Positions 12,648 to 25,409 of a stretch of 64,000 nucleotides of DNA are shown here, one piece after another (within the stretch, counting starts at the first letter, position 1; the number at the start of each line of letters is the position of its first letter). The translations under genes were made by a program, and so were the position numbers. This stretch comes from Rhina ancylostomus (Eukaryota): the NCBI GenBank assembly GCA_030265395.1, contig JARFYF010000058.1:19531556-19595555 (forward strand), given 5' to 3'. Below the pieces are notes generated by a model. The model was given only the letters and a program-made list of their open reading frames with translations. It did not search any database and was not told the DNA's origin.

Positions 12648-14739
12648 ATCTAAAACCAGCGTATTATGCCTAAACGAGGGAGGCTACAACAGGATGAGGG
12701 AGGAGTTGGCTAGCGTAGACTGGGAAACACAGGCTATATGCTGGGACAGTTGAGGAACAGCAGAAGACTTTCAAAGAGATTTTTCACGGTGCTCAACAAA
12801 AGTACATTCCAGTTAAAAGCAAGGACAGTAAGGGTGGGGAGAGTCAGCTTTGGATATCTAAGGAAAATAAAAGAAGGCATCAAGCTAAAAAATCATGCAT
12901 ACAAAGTCACCAAGAGTAGTGGGAAATTGGAAGATTTGGAAAATTTTAAAAAGCAACAAAGAACCACTAAGCAAGCAATAAGGAAAGGGTAGAGAGATTA
13001 TAAAAGGTAAACTAGCATAAATATAAAAATAGATAGTAGAATTTTTCATAACTATATAAAGCAGAGAAGGGTGGCTAAAGGAAATGTAGATCCCTTGTAA
13101 GATGAGAAGGAGGAATTAATATTGGGTAATGTGGAAAGGGCTGAGGCCTTGAACGACTATTTTGTGTCGGTCTTCACAGTGGAGGACACGTCTAACATGT
13201 CAAAGAGAAATGTTATGGATGGAATGGGAGGCGAAGACCTCGATATATTTGCTGCCTCTAAAGAGGTATTGATGAGCAAACTAGTGGGTCTAAAGGTAGA
13301 CAAGTCCCCTGGTCCTGATGGGATGCATCTCAGGGTACTGAAAGAAATGGCAGAAGTTGTAGTAGAGGCGTTTGTGATAATTTACCAAAATTCTCTGAAT
13401 TCTGGGCATGACATGCCACTGTTTAAAAAAGGATGTAGGCAAAAGGCAGGTAATTATAGGCCAGTTAGCTTAAGATCTGTAGTTGAGAAAATGCTTGAAG
13501 CTATCATTAAGGAAGAAATAGCTAGACATCTGGATAGAAGTGGTTACATCAGGCAGACACAGCATGGATTCAGGAAGGGCAGGTACTTACTGGAGTTCTT
13601 TGAGGATATAATGAGCACAGTGGATAGAAGTGAACAGGTGGATGTTGCATACTTTGATTTTCAGAAGGTGTTTGATAAGGTGCCATATAAAAGACTTATC
13701 CATAAGGATGCATAGAGTTGGGGATAAGGTATTAGCATGGATTGAGGATTGGTTATCCAACAGAAGATGGAGAGTTGGGATAAATAGGTGTTTCTCTGGT
13801 TAGCAGTCAGTGGCAAGTGGGGTGTCACAAGGGTCAGAGCTGGGCCTGCAACTGTTCACGATATACATTAATGATTTGGAAGAGGGGGCCGAGTGTGACA
13901 TATCTAAGTTTACTGATGATACTAAATTGAGTGGAAAAGCAAATTGTGCAGAGGCTGCAGACAGATATAGATAGGTTAAGTGAGTGGGCAAGGGTCTGGC
14001 AGACGGAGCACAATGTTGGTAAATGTAAGGCCATCCACCTTAGAAGGAAAAATAGAAGATCAGATTATTATTTAAATGGTGAAAGACTGCAGCATGCTGC
14101 TGTGCAAAGGGACTTGGGAGTGCTTGTGCATGAATTGTAAAAGGTTGGTTTCCAGGTCCAACAGGTTATAAAGAAGGCAAAGGAATGTTGGCCTTCATTT
14201 CTGGAGGGATTGAAGTTAAGAGTTGGAAGATTATGCTGCAACTGTACAGGGTACTGGTGAGGCCACACCTGGAGAACTGTGTGCAGTTCTGGTCTCCTTA
14301 CTTGAGGAAAGATATACTGGCTTTGGAGGTGCTGCAGAGGAGGTTCACCAGGTTGATTCCAGAGATGAGGGGGTTAACCTGTGAGAAGAGATCGAGTCAC
14401 CTGGGACTATACTCGCTGGAATTCAGAAGAATGAGAGGGGATCTTATAGAAACATATACAATTATGAAAGGGTCAGATAAGATAGAGGCAGGAAAATTGT
14501 TTCCAGTGGTAAGTGAGACTAGAACTAGGGGACATAGCCTCACGATTCGGGGGAGTAGATTAAAGACGGAGATGAGGAGAAGCTACTTTTCTCAAAGAGT
14601 AGTGAATCTGTGGAATTCTCTGCCCAGGGAAGCAGTAGAGGCTACCTCATTAGATGTATTTAAAGACACAGTTAGATAGATTTTTGCATAGTAGGGGAAT
14701 TAAGGGTTATGGGGAAAAGGCAGGTAGGTGGAGCTGAGT
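12648..14739 (+). mobile_element. CR1-clade LINE, 5'-truncated, decayed ORF2 reverse transcriptase
   Basis: ORF track gives KSPGPDGMH, NYRPVSL, QHGFRKGR, YFDFQKVFDKVP and LVRPHLENCVQFWSP. GVSQGSELG near 13819 and KFTDDTK near 13906 (canonical FADD mutated). Multiple frameshifts and stops. Confidence 0.95.
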
Positions 14740-14839
14740 NNNNNNNNNNNNNNNNNNNNNNNNNNNNNNNNNNNNNNNNNNNNNNNNNNNNNNNNNNNNN
14801 NNNNNNNNNNNNNNNNNNNNNNNNNNNNNNNNNNNNNNN

Positions 14840-15367
14840 GAGGAAAGATATACTGGCTTTGGAGGTGGTGCAGAAGAGGTTCACCAGGTTGATTCCAGAG
14901 ATGAGAGGGTTAGCCTTTGAGGAGAGATTGAATCGCCTGGGACCATACTTGCTGGAATTCAGAAGAATGAGAGGGGATCTTAAAGAAATATATTAAATTA
15001 TGAATGGGATAGATAAGATAGAGGCAGGAAAGTTGCTTCCACTGGTAGGTGGGTCTAGGACTGGGGGACAAGACCTCATGATTTGGGGGAATAGATTTAG
15101 GATGGAGATGAAGAGAAGCTGCTTTTTCCAGAGAGTAGTGAATCTGTGGAATTCTCTGCCCAGGGAAGCAGTAGAGGCTATCTCACTAAATATATTTAAA
15201 ACACAGTTCGATAGATTTTTGCATAGTAGGGGAATTAAGGGTTATGGGGAAAAGGCAGGTAGGTGGATCTGAGTCCACTGGCAGATCAGCCATGACCTTA
15301 CTGAATGGTGGAGCAGGCTCGATGGGCCAAATGGCCTACTCCTGCTCCTATTTGTTATGTTCTTATG
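14840..15367 (+). mobile_element. Second CR1 3' end of the same subfamily, with complete 3' UTR
   Basis: Repeats 14303-14739 with many substitutions, then GATCAGCCATGA...GGCCTACTCCTGCTCCTATTTGTTATGTTCTTATG tail. Confidence 0.9.
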
Positions 15368-15567
15368 ATTAATATTTAGAGACTGAGTTATATGATTGTT
15401 GATCACTGTCCACACAATCCTTTGACTTTGGCAAAAATTGTCTCAGCTTTAGAGATGAAAAAAAGTCCCAGACAACCAAAAAAGTCCCAAATATTTTAAC
15501 AATTTCAACTAAGGGGTAGTAAGTATAAGTGCAAAGCATACACTTACACAGAATGCAAAAGAAAAAG

Positions 15568-15890
15568 GTAAGACTTAGAATTACAAAGTGCCTTTTATGC
15601 CCTTAGGGTCATCAAAAAACTTCACATCCAACTTCCTTCCAAACATAGTCACTTGTTATTACGTAGGCAACACAGCAGCCAATTATAACATAGCAAGGGC
15701 CTATCAACAGTGCTGAATAAATGACGAGTTAGTCTGTTTCTGTTGCTGTTAATTTGGGATTAATACGGGTGAGATTCTGAGCAGAAAGTCTTCCTGCCTC
15801 TGAATAGATTCATGAGATATTTTACCTGCAACTCAGTGGCAACAGAGGGCCTTGGTTTAATGCCTTGCCTGAATTGACAAATGGGGACAG
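15568..15890 (-). mobile_element. Deu-domain SINE (SacSINE1/AmnSINE-like), degenerate
   Basis: Blocks TAGTCACTTGTTATTACGTAGGCAACACAGCAGCCAATT...CAGAGGGCCTTGGTTTAATG resemble the reverse complement of the shark Deu-SINE consensus as I recall it. Confidence 0.65.
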
Positions 15891-16502
15891 GTTTCTCAGG
15901 ACGTTTTACATGCCAAGAAACCTCTAAGGTGAGGATTAAGTTGAAATTCCTGCTTAGTCCACATTTAACACATGACAGCATCTTCATAAAGGAATTGAAA
16001 CTTGTGTTAAGAACTCCGATCAGAGAATCATTAAAGGACTAAATTCCTTACTGTTGCACATTAAGAAGCTAGGACTTGAAGTAACACCTTCTCCTGTCAA
16101 CTAATGGGATTAAATTCTTCATCACAGAGGATTTAAAGATGTATCATCTGCTACCAGTCACTTTCCACTAAAGGTTTAGAGAAGGTTTCAGGGACTTTCT
16201 GGGACACATTGTCAAGACTTTACAACAGTAATATTTATTATAAAACTTTCTTGAGGACTTAAGCAAGGACACTCTCTTTTTGGACACCCTATAGGAGCGT
16301 TTAGAGGAAATGGACCACCAGGTCATTGAAATGTTACTATCTCATTGTCTGTCAGATGATTGGAAGGAGGAGATCAGTCTGGATAAAAAAGAATGCTGCA
16401 ATAGGGAGGGACAGGATGTCCTTCCATACTCCTTGACACTCTGTGCAAGAACATCCTAAGGGTCTCCTTAAGAAGCCCTCCATAAGGCTGTGGCGACTTA
16501 CC

Positions 16503-17030
16503 TTTCATGAACCAGCTCCCAGGATCGCAAGCGTCATCGGAGGCCCCGACACAAGATGGCGCGGGGCACTTCTTCTTTCTTGGGCTAGGGGAGCCCGCAC
16601 ATGGGAAGGTCACGTGACCTGCACGTAACATCAGCGCGGGAACTGNNNNNNNNNNNNNNNNNNNNNNNNNNNNNNNNNNNNNNNNNNNNNNNNNNNNNNN
16701 NNNNNNNNNNNNNNNNNNNNNNNNNNNNNNNNNNNNNNNNNNNNNNNNNNNNNNNNNNNNNNNNNNNNNNNNNNNNNNNNNNNNNNNNNNNNNNNNNNNN
16801 NNNNNNNNNNNNNNNNNNNNNNNNNNNNNNNNNNNNNNNNNNNNNNNNNNNNNNNNNNNNNNNNNNNNNNNNNNNNNNNNNNNNNNNNNNNNNNNNNNNN
16901 NNNNNNNNNNNNNNNNNNNNNNNNNNNNNNNNNNNNNNNNNNNNNNNNNNNNNNNNGATGCAGGGTAGGGGGTTCCAGAACCATAATCAGTAAGGTACTG
17001 GTCTGACAAGGATCCAGGTGCAACATGACA
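16503..17030. mobile_element. CpG-rich putative solo LTR spanning an N gap
   Basis: Termini TTTCATG...CATGACA (near-inverted TGTCATG); locally CpG-rich; no target-site duplication seen. Confidence 0.35.
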
Positions 17031-17169
17031 TTGAGAAGACTATATGTCCCTGAAGTGACTAATGATAGCTACTCCCAGACCGACAGTCCAATTTTCCTTG
17101 TAGTGCATCAAAAGTGCTTTATTCCAGGCATCTTCTTCTATTTGTTCAAATTTTCTTTAGATCGTATTT

Positions 17170-17570
17170 AAAGAATGCATATCACTGCCAGGCCAGCAGT
17201 TATTGTCCATCCCCAGCAGTCCTTGCGAAGGTTGTGGGGAACCTTTTTGTCCAAATTCAGCAGTCCTTCTGATGAAGAGGCACCAACAATTTTTTAGGGA
17301 ACGAATTTCCAGGACTTAGATCCAGTGATGATGGGTAAATAATAATATAACAATATATTTCTAAGTCTTGATGGTGTGAAACCTTGATAGGAATTTGCAG
17401 ATGGAGGGATTTCCTTGCACCTGAAACCCTTGTCTTCTTGGGGATAGAGGTCACATTTTGGAAATGCTTCTGGAGTATTGGAGTGCTTTTTGTGGAAGGC
17501 ACACTGCAGCCAAAGTGCATTGGTGGCAATAAATGTTCCAGGTGGTGGATGAGGTACCAATCATTCTTGA
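17170..17570 (-). mobile_element. CR1/L2-like LINE 3' fragment
   Basis: CACTGCCAGGCCAGCAGTTATTGTCCATCCC...GAAGGTTGTGG...TTCCAGGACTTAGATCCAGTGATGATG; homologous to 19340-19510 (+) and 42715-43370 (-). Confidence 0.7.
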
Positions 17571-18749
17571 CATGAAAGTCATATCGAGGGCATAAGATTG
17601 ACTAAGATTCACAAGTTTTCCACTAAATTTCTGCATGATGCAAAACAACTAAGAAATAGTCATTCACTCCAGAAAAAAAATATAAATTTCAACCACGTAA
17701 TGCTAAAAATAACAGCTTTAAGCAATTTGAATTTCTTGGCAAGCGCATTCAAGTTGTTTGAGCAGGGTACGAACCTCGAACCTACTTAAACATCAAAGTA
17801 TTATCCCTGAGTAAATCTGACATTAATTACCAGTAGCAATCAGCATTAAATTAACAGTCTCACTTGTAAAGGTCCTAGTAATCATTAGTGTGACAAATAT
17901 AAATGCCAGCCTGGTACAGAATAGGGAGCTTGCCCAAGATTAGGATTAAGATGTATTGTTTGGGGCAGTGTAGTAGACATTTCATTTCAGTAAAGGCATT
18001 TTGTTCCTGACCTTGAAATGTTGTTTGCTGAAGACAAAAAAATGAAAACATTTAGAGTTTTTAGCATTTTCATTGCTATTTTGAAAAAAATCCAACAAAA
18101 TGTACTGTCAAAATTAATTATTAGACTGCTTTTTTAAACATGTGTAGCCTTTGGATGCTGCATCATATTTCTGGGGCCAAACCCATGAACTTCAATTTAT
18201 TAATCACCTTCTGGCAGCTTGTAGGTGCTTTACAGTCACTTGGGTCCAAAACATGAGATTGCTCAAAAGGATTTTTGTGTTCTCTGATGCTGGCACTGAA
18301 GTAATTTGGAAAGACCTGTGTGGCTAATAACTTTCAAGGATAAGCTTAAAGACTCCTTAGTAGTAGGGTTAAATTATAACTTCATCATGTTTTTTATAAC
18401 GTGATGTATATTTAACCATACATTAAATTCAATAATATCTTTAAGGTGACTGTCCTGACACATTTGACCATAATATGAATTGTGCTATTTCTGACCCATA
18501 AGTATTTCTCCATAGCTTTTCATTTCTCTTCTTCCCTTAACTAACTACCAACTGTGACTTTGTCTTATTTTAAAATGAAATAAAGAAATGTGGAAAAAGT
18601 GTACTAAATATTAATGTGTGACTTTAAAGCTTGGAAGTCAACAAGTCTGATAAATCTCTCTGACTAAGTTTTCAAGGCACTTCTGGAAAATGTCAGTTGA
18701 ACCTAGGAAGTGGTGTTAATGTTGCTGGAGTCCTCCAAAGGAAGCCTTG

Positions 18750-18985
18750 GAGTCATAGAGTCAAAATTACAGAAACAGAGCCTTCAGTTTACTAAATCTA
18801 CGCTAATCCATCACATCCATTCACAGCACACTCATCCCATGTTATTCTCCCCACATTCCCATCAATTAGCCCCAGATTCCACAACTCACCTACACACTTG
18901 GGGCAATTTATAGTTACTAATTTATCTACTGACACAGTCTTTGGGATTTAGGAGAAAACCAGAGCACTCAGGGGAAATCCACAAG
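18750..18985 (-). mobile_element. HE1-like V-SINE, head missing
   Basis: GAGTCATAGAGTC tail, ATTCTCCCCACATTCCCATCAA, GGGGCAATTTA and GTCTTTGGGATTTAGGAGAAAACCAGAGCAC; reverse-complement match to 33116-33460. Confidence 0.8.
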
Positions 18986-18996
18986 AAAAAGCTTTG

Positions 18997-19068
18997 TGTC
19001 ATAGTTCTGAGTTCTGGCCCTCAATTTGGCTCATTAATGCCTTGTTGTCCAGCACATGGATTCCATGC
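18997..19068 (-). repeat. LTR-like terminus (TGTCATAG...) truncated by an N gap
   Basis: Reverse complement of 185-260. Confidence 0.6.
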
Positions 19069-19339
19069 TNNNNNNNNNNNNNNNNNNNNNNNNNNNNNNN
19101 NNNNNNNNNNNNNNNNNNNNNNNNNNNNNNNNNNNNNNNNNNNNNNNNNNNNNNNNNNNNNNNNNNNNNNNNNNNNNNNNNNNNNNNNNNNNNNNNNNNN
19201 NNNNNNNNNNNNNNNNNNNNNNNNNNNNNNNNNNNNNNNNNNNNNNNNNNNNNNNNNNNNNNNNNNNNNNNNNNNNNNNNNNNNNNNNNNNNNNNNNNNN
19301 NNNNNNNNNNNNNNNNNNNNNNNNNNNNNNNNNNNNNNN

Positions 19340-19510
19340 TTTATCACTGTCCCATTATTGTTGCTGAGTCTAAATCCTAGAACCCATTACTTAACAGCAC
19401 TAAGAGAGAACCTTTACCACAAGGGTTGCATCAGTTCAAGTGGCCACCTCACCACTACCTTCTCGAGAACAATAAGGAAGAGGCATTAGATGCTGGCTTT
19501 GCCCTCATTT
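19340..19510 (+). mobile_element. CR1/L2-like LINE 3' tail
   Basis: GAGTCTAAATCCTAGAAC...CAGTTCAAG...CTCACCACTACCTTCTCGAG...ATGCTGGCTTTGCC; a short inverted copy lies at about 19650-19715. Confidence 0.7.
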
Positions 19511-20139
19511 CATTTGTAAAGCCACTGAAATGTTGCAATGAAGCATCAGAAAGATCCATTAGGCAGCAGGAACCTCCCAAGGATCCAACTGGTGAGGTTG
19601 CTAAACCTAGCTTGTTGGGTCAGGATTTTTTTAATTATTCACTGATATGATGGGGGTGTTACTGGCAGGCCAGAATTCATTACTGTTTCCTAATTGTCTC
19701 TTGAGAAGGTGACAGTAAGAAAAAAAGGACCAGATTGTGAGGTTAAAATGGCAGTTAAACTGTCAGCACTTCCTGTCATTGCACTGTGAAAATGACAGCA
19801 ACTTTGGGAATTCAGCATGTGATTTATATTAATTCAGAAATCTTAAAGTTACTATCTGTGATTCATCGCTTGCCCGTAGGCTGTGATGTTTTGTAGCCTT
19901 CTCCAGCATCAACAAGGGGAGTCAGTGAAATGATGAAAACTTTCAGTTTTCACAAACTATTTTCAGTAAAATATATGAAAGTTTTTCATTCTGCTGCATG
20001 AGATCTATATCACCTGTAACTTCCTATAGAAACCAGGAGGGGACTTAAAAATGGCCAAGGAGGTGCTGAAACATATCCCTGGTCTCTGTCCCTCTCTGTT
20101 CAATTCAATCAAAAATCAGACAACTGGAACTCAGCACAG

Positions 20140-20266
20140 AAAACTGCAGGTGCTAGAAAACCAAAAGAGAGAAAATTCTGGAAACGTTCATCAGGAGAAC
20201 TAGCACCAGCACCTCTCCCCACTGATACTGCCTGACCTGATGAGTGCCTCCAGCATTCTCTGTCTA
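20140..20266. mobile_element. Penelope-like terminal repeat fragments in inverted arrangement
   Basis: AACTGCAGGTGCTAGAAA...AAATTCTGGAAACGTTCATCAGG (minus) followed by GATACTGCCTGACCTGATGAGTGCCTCCAGCATTCTCTG (plus). Confidence 0.55.
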
Positions 20267-22179
20267 TCAACTTAGCTCCTGATTCCAACTCCTATCTTTG
20301 CCTTTCTGGCTGCCTTTTCTTCAGTTTTGATATAGGCAAACCTTACCAATCTCAGATGATCAAAGCTATTGGATTTAATTTAAACTCAGTCTAACATATT
20401 TTGTTGATACTTTTTTTTGCTGCATGTCACAATAGAGACACATTATGTGATAATAGCACTTGATAGTCAAATGCTCTTGGATAGATTCAGTCTAATCATG
20501 TTAGCCTCGAGCAGGTTTAGGGTTTTGGATTTGGGGTAGGTGGTCGATGGAGCCAATTAGAATGTCAACCTCTGCACCAGAAACAAGCCCAGACAATTTT
20601 AACTGTTGGGTGTTGTTATTATTGACCAGAACAATAGAGAAGTGGTTTAGTGAAAGATGGGTGGTGGCATAGCTTGGAGTGTTTCCCACCACAGAATTGG
20701 AAGAGTCCAAGAGAGTAGAAGTCTAAACTAATAGAGCTAAATCTAACGGATCCTGAAGACCTCTTACTTTCACTGGCTTCCTTTGGTCCCAAATAATCTC
20801 ATTTATTTATACCCAGTCGTTGTTAAAATTGAGTCCAGTGGTGCAACCAAATCCTTATGTGTGTATGGCAACAAGAAACTTGCCAACTCTGAGTAATTTA
20901 CTTGGCTGCCAGTCTGGAAGCCTATGAAGGCATGATCCAGGGTGATCCCCAGCAAGTTAGTAACTGGGGATATTTTAAATGTACATCTGAAATAGGGTTA
21001 ACATTTCCCTTAATACTTACATCTTGATGCAAACATTCAGTAGATATAATTTTTAATTTATCTCTATTTCAAAACCTGAATTTAAATCCTGCAAATAAAG
21101 CTGATCAGCCTATAACTTGCCAGCTATCACAGAGTTGTTACTCTACGTCTCCAGATCTCACCTCCATAATCAGTCTGCCTTGAAACCCACTTAGTATATC
21201 CTTATTGGGAAATTGCTCACCTCCTTCAGGAAACATTTCCTCAGCCTCCCCTTGTAAATTCACACTCAAATGTNNNNNNNNNNNNNNNNNNNNACATTCA
21301 GATTATTTTTTAAATTAAATGAAGTTATAATATATTCAGAATATTTTATTTCCCAATGACATGCGATGAAGTTAATATCAATGACATTCTTAGCTAGACC
21401 CAGGGAGCACCTCTAATCAATTCAAGCGATTTGGTTGCAATAAAAATACTTGGTTTCTGCAGTTAATTCATATGAAGAGGCTACATGGCTATTGACAAAC
21501 ATCTTATCCATTAGACAGTTCACTGAACCAAACTCTATGATGTTAACAGCTGAAAAAAGGTGAAAAAGTGGGAGAGAAATTGTAGATGATTTCTGGAACA
21601 ATGCTGAAAAATTCTTCCCGAATTCTTCCCGAATTTTCAATGGACCCAAGGTTATCCATGATGCAGGAGTAAGTAAAACAAATTATTCCTCCACTTCCTG
21701 AAATATTCCAATGTTCTATTTATTCAGAAATGTGTTGTATCTTAAAGGACTGATCCCACACTTAATGAAATCAAACAAGTTCTCCATATATATCAAGAAA
21801 TGTCACAGGCTAATATAATTTCCAAGGTACGATTCAATTCAGAAACCATAATAATAATGCTTTTGTAACCTGACCATGTGTAACCACTCTGTAACACACC
21901 TCAGCTGGTCTGTTATCTTACACACTACTACAATTTTTTAACAAATTAATTTTTTATTCAAATGCACTTTTTTTAAATGTCATAACCATAGTTTTTAATA
22001 AAAAGTAGGCATTCAACCAGTGGTTGTTGAAACTTGTTAAGAGAGATTATGTGCCTCCATTTTAACAATGTTTCCATTTTTAATTGCTGTAGAATTAAGT
22101 TCTCTGGCCCAGGAAACCAAGCAAGTAAATGGAGGCAAGGAAAGCTGAATTCATAAGGCAAATGTCTTGACTTTAGCAG

Positions 22180-22240
22180 TTCATAGAGCCTTAGAGTCAC
22201 ACAACACAGAAATCGGCCCTTTGGCCCACTACGTCCAACA
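22180..22240 (-). mobile_element. HE1/HER1-type 3' tail fragment
   Basis: CATAGAGCCTTAGAGTCACACAACACAGAAATCGGCCCTTGGCCCAC. Confidence 0.6.
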
Positions 22241-22769
22241 TTCAATGCAAAAAATATTGCAGAGGAAATAAGAATATGGCTGGAGACATTAATGAATAGC
22301 TTGTATCTGAACAGAGAAGCCATGGACAATCTGAAATTGGGCCTTTGCTTTCAGCTACATATTGGGAACAAACCGGTAGCTCACTTCACAAGAAACGTGA
22401 ATTTCAAACTTCTGGATTGGCTCTCAGTGAGACAGTGTCATCCATCATGGACTAATTTCACAAGGTCACTCACAGATGGGTGTTGGACCCCACAAATTTG
22501 GTGGTAGGACCAATCCCTGCTGAACTATAATGATTTTCAACTGTTTGGGGCAGTTAAACAGATACAAGCAAAACATCAATCCCTACCCCTGTGTCTCATG
22601 ATGAAAAGTTATAGGGTTGATTTATAATTGGTATGTTGTAAAATTCTATAAATTTTCAATTAAAATCAGCCATTGACCCCAATGTGGCTAATATTATGCA
22701 ATATGTCAGATTAGGCCTCAATCTATTAAAAATTCAGAACAGTTGATGCAAACCCACTTTCATACAACG

Positions 22770-23980
22770 TAAGGGTCTTAAATCTAAACAAAACAACCTA
22801 CAAAGGTATGAGCCACGAGCTGGCAATGGTAGATTGGGAGACTGCATTAAAAGATAAGATTGTAAATGAGCAATAGCAGACATTTAAAGAACTAATACAT
22901 TGTTTAAGAAAATACATATCCCTTTAATGCACAGAAACAAAACAGGAAAAGGTGTGTTCTTGTGGCTAACAAGAGAAGTTAGATAGCAATAGATCAAAGG
23001 AAAAGGCTTATAAAGTTGCCAAAAAGGTTGGAGAATTGGGATACAACACTAATCTGGTAAGAACCGTGAAAGCTTCTATTGTTACTGTGGGTTCTTTACA
23101 GACTTAGACTGAAGAAATTATATTGACGAATGAGGAAATGGCAGAGAAATAAAACAATTATTTTGCACCTATTGTCACCTAAGAGGACAAGTAAACCTTT
23201 CACGTTTAGTGAAGAACAACGGGTATAGAGCAAATTAGGAACTGAAAGAATTATATATCCTCATGACTGATTACTGGCATTCCAAGGTTCTGAAGGTGGC
23301 AAAGGAGATATTAGAAACTCTGTTTGTCATCCTCCTACATTCTGTAGATTTTAGAACAGTTCACAAAGATTGGAAGGTGGCAAATACCCCACTATTTAAA
23401 AAAGTAGAGAGAAAAAACAAAAACCACAGCCCAGTTAGCCTGGCATCAGAATTAGGGAAAATAATAGTTTGTTAATAGGGCACTTAAAAAAATAAAAGTA
23501 GACTGAGCAGAATCAACATAGATATATGAAAGAAAAATCATGGTTGATAAATCTTACAGGACTAGACAGGGTAGACGTGGGGGTGATGGGTCAAGACAAA
23601 CAGGTAAAGCCAACATGATACTGTGAATGGTAAATCCTGTTTTACCTTTCTATATATCAATAGAAGCTGGGGTACTTAGAACCAAGGGGTCATAGTCTCA
23701 AAATAAACTGTTGCCCTTTCCATACTTTTAGGTTGTAAATACCAGAATAGATAAAGAAGATTGATTCCTGGGGCAGCAGGTTTATCCTACGAGGAAGGAT
23801 TACTCAAACTGACTGTATCCTCTCATGTGTTTGAAAGAAGAAGGAGAATCAGCCTGGTGACTTCATTCAAACAAACTAAATTCTTACAAGCCTGCTCTGA
23901 GTAAATACAAGGCCAATGTTTCCTTGGCTGGGGTGTGTAGATCTAGGAAAGGGTAGGCTATTCAGGACTGAGATGAGACT
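22770..23980 (+). mobile_element. Decayed CR1 LINE, 5' part of an interrupted host copy
   Basis: Homologous to 12660-14580; ORF track shows DWKVANTPLFKKVERKNKNHSPVSLAS. Ends at GGACTGAGATGAG. Confidence 0.8.
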
Positions 23981-23981
23981 G

Positions 23982-25409
23982 TAAGAACATATGAATTAAG
24001 AGCAGAAACAGTCTGCTTGGCCTCTTGACCCTGCCCTGCCAATCGATAAGATCGTGGTTGGTCTGATTGAGACCTCAGCTCTGCATTCCCATTTACCCAC
24101 AGAAACCTTTCACCTCCACTCCTATTAAAAATCTACCTCCCTCAGCCTTAAAAATATTTGAAGGCTCTGCTTCCACCAGGTTTTGAAGAAGGAAAAGAGT
24201 CACCTCATCTCTGCCTTAAATTGCAATACTTTATTTTTAAACAGTGACCCCCTGGTCCTAGAGCCTCCCAAAAGATGAAACATCCTCTCTACATAAACCC
24301 TTTCAAAACCCCTCAAGATCTTACACAGTTCAGTCAGGTGTCTCTCACTCTTCTAGACTCCAGCGGACATAAGCCTTGCTTGTTCAACTTTCCTCATAAG
24401 ACAATTTATCATTCCAGTAATCAATCCTGTAAATTCTGAACTGCTTCCAAAGCATTTATATCTTTCTTTAAGAAATGACATCAATACTTTACAGAGTTTT
24501 CCAGATGTGGTCTCAACAGTGTCCTAGATTGGTGAAGCATATCTTTGTATTCGATTCCCCTCCAGATAAATGGTAAGATTCTATTAGCTTTCCTAATTAC
24601 TTTCTATACCTGCACACCAGTCTTTTCTGAATTGTGTATGAGGACAGCCTCTATATCTCAGGGCTCTGCAGTCATTCACCATTAAAAGAATAAATTTCTC
24701 TTTCCTTTTCCTGCCAAAATTGTCAATTCATATTTTCCTACATTATAATCCGTTGGCCACATCTTTGTCCACTCACTTAACCTATCAATGTGCCATTGTC
24801 ACCTCCTTATATCCTCTTCACAATAAACTTTCCAACTTACCTCTGTGTCAAAAGCAAATTTAGCATTTGTACCCTTGGTGCTTTTATCCAACTCATTTGC
24901 ATTGACTGTAGAATGTTGAGGCCCCACACCAATCCCTGTGGCACACCATCCATTACATCCTGCTTACCAAAAAATACCCATTTACTCTATTTTTTGATAC
25001 CCAGTCATTCATCTATCCATGCCAATATGTTACTTTCCACACCATGAGCTTTCATTTTCAACAATAACCTTTGATGCCTCATCAAACGCCTTCTGGAAAT
25101 CCAAATTTACTGCATTCATGGGTTCCCATTTACCACAGCACTTGTTACCTCTTCAAAGAACTCCAATAAATTGGTAAAACAAGACTTAGCGTTCACATAA
25201 CATGTTGGCTTTACCTATTGACCTTGAATTTTTCTAAGTGCCCCACTGTAATATCCTTAAAAATACCGAATGTTTTCCAAATAACATATGTTAAACTAAC
25301 TGACCTGAAGTTTCCTTCTTTCTGTCTTCCTTTTTCAATCAAGAAGTCATAGTACATTCACTATTTTTCAATCTACTGTAACTTCCCCTGAATCGAGGGA
25401 ATTTTGAAA
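23982..25409 (-). mobile_element. Decayed CR1 LINE nested antisense within another CR1
   Basis: Begins with the reverse-complement tail TAAGAACATATGAATTAAGAGCAG. Contains CAATCCCTGTGGCACACC (GVPQG), CAAACGCCTTCTGGAAATC (DFQKAF) and AAACTAACTGACCTGAAGTT (NFRSVSL) on the minus strand. Confidence 0.85.

Noticed and set aside
13122-14679. Longest ORFs of the window, encoding reverse transcriptase
   Set aside because: Fragments of a frameshifted CR1 LINE with a mutated catalytic motif (FTDD); not a host gene, retron or other novel RT system.
16374-19489. Long ORFs containing X runs
   Set aside because: They are open only because they cross N gaps.
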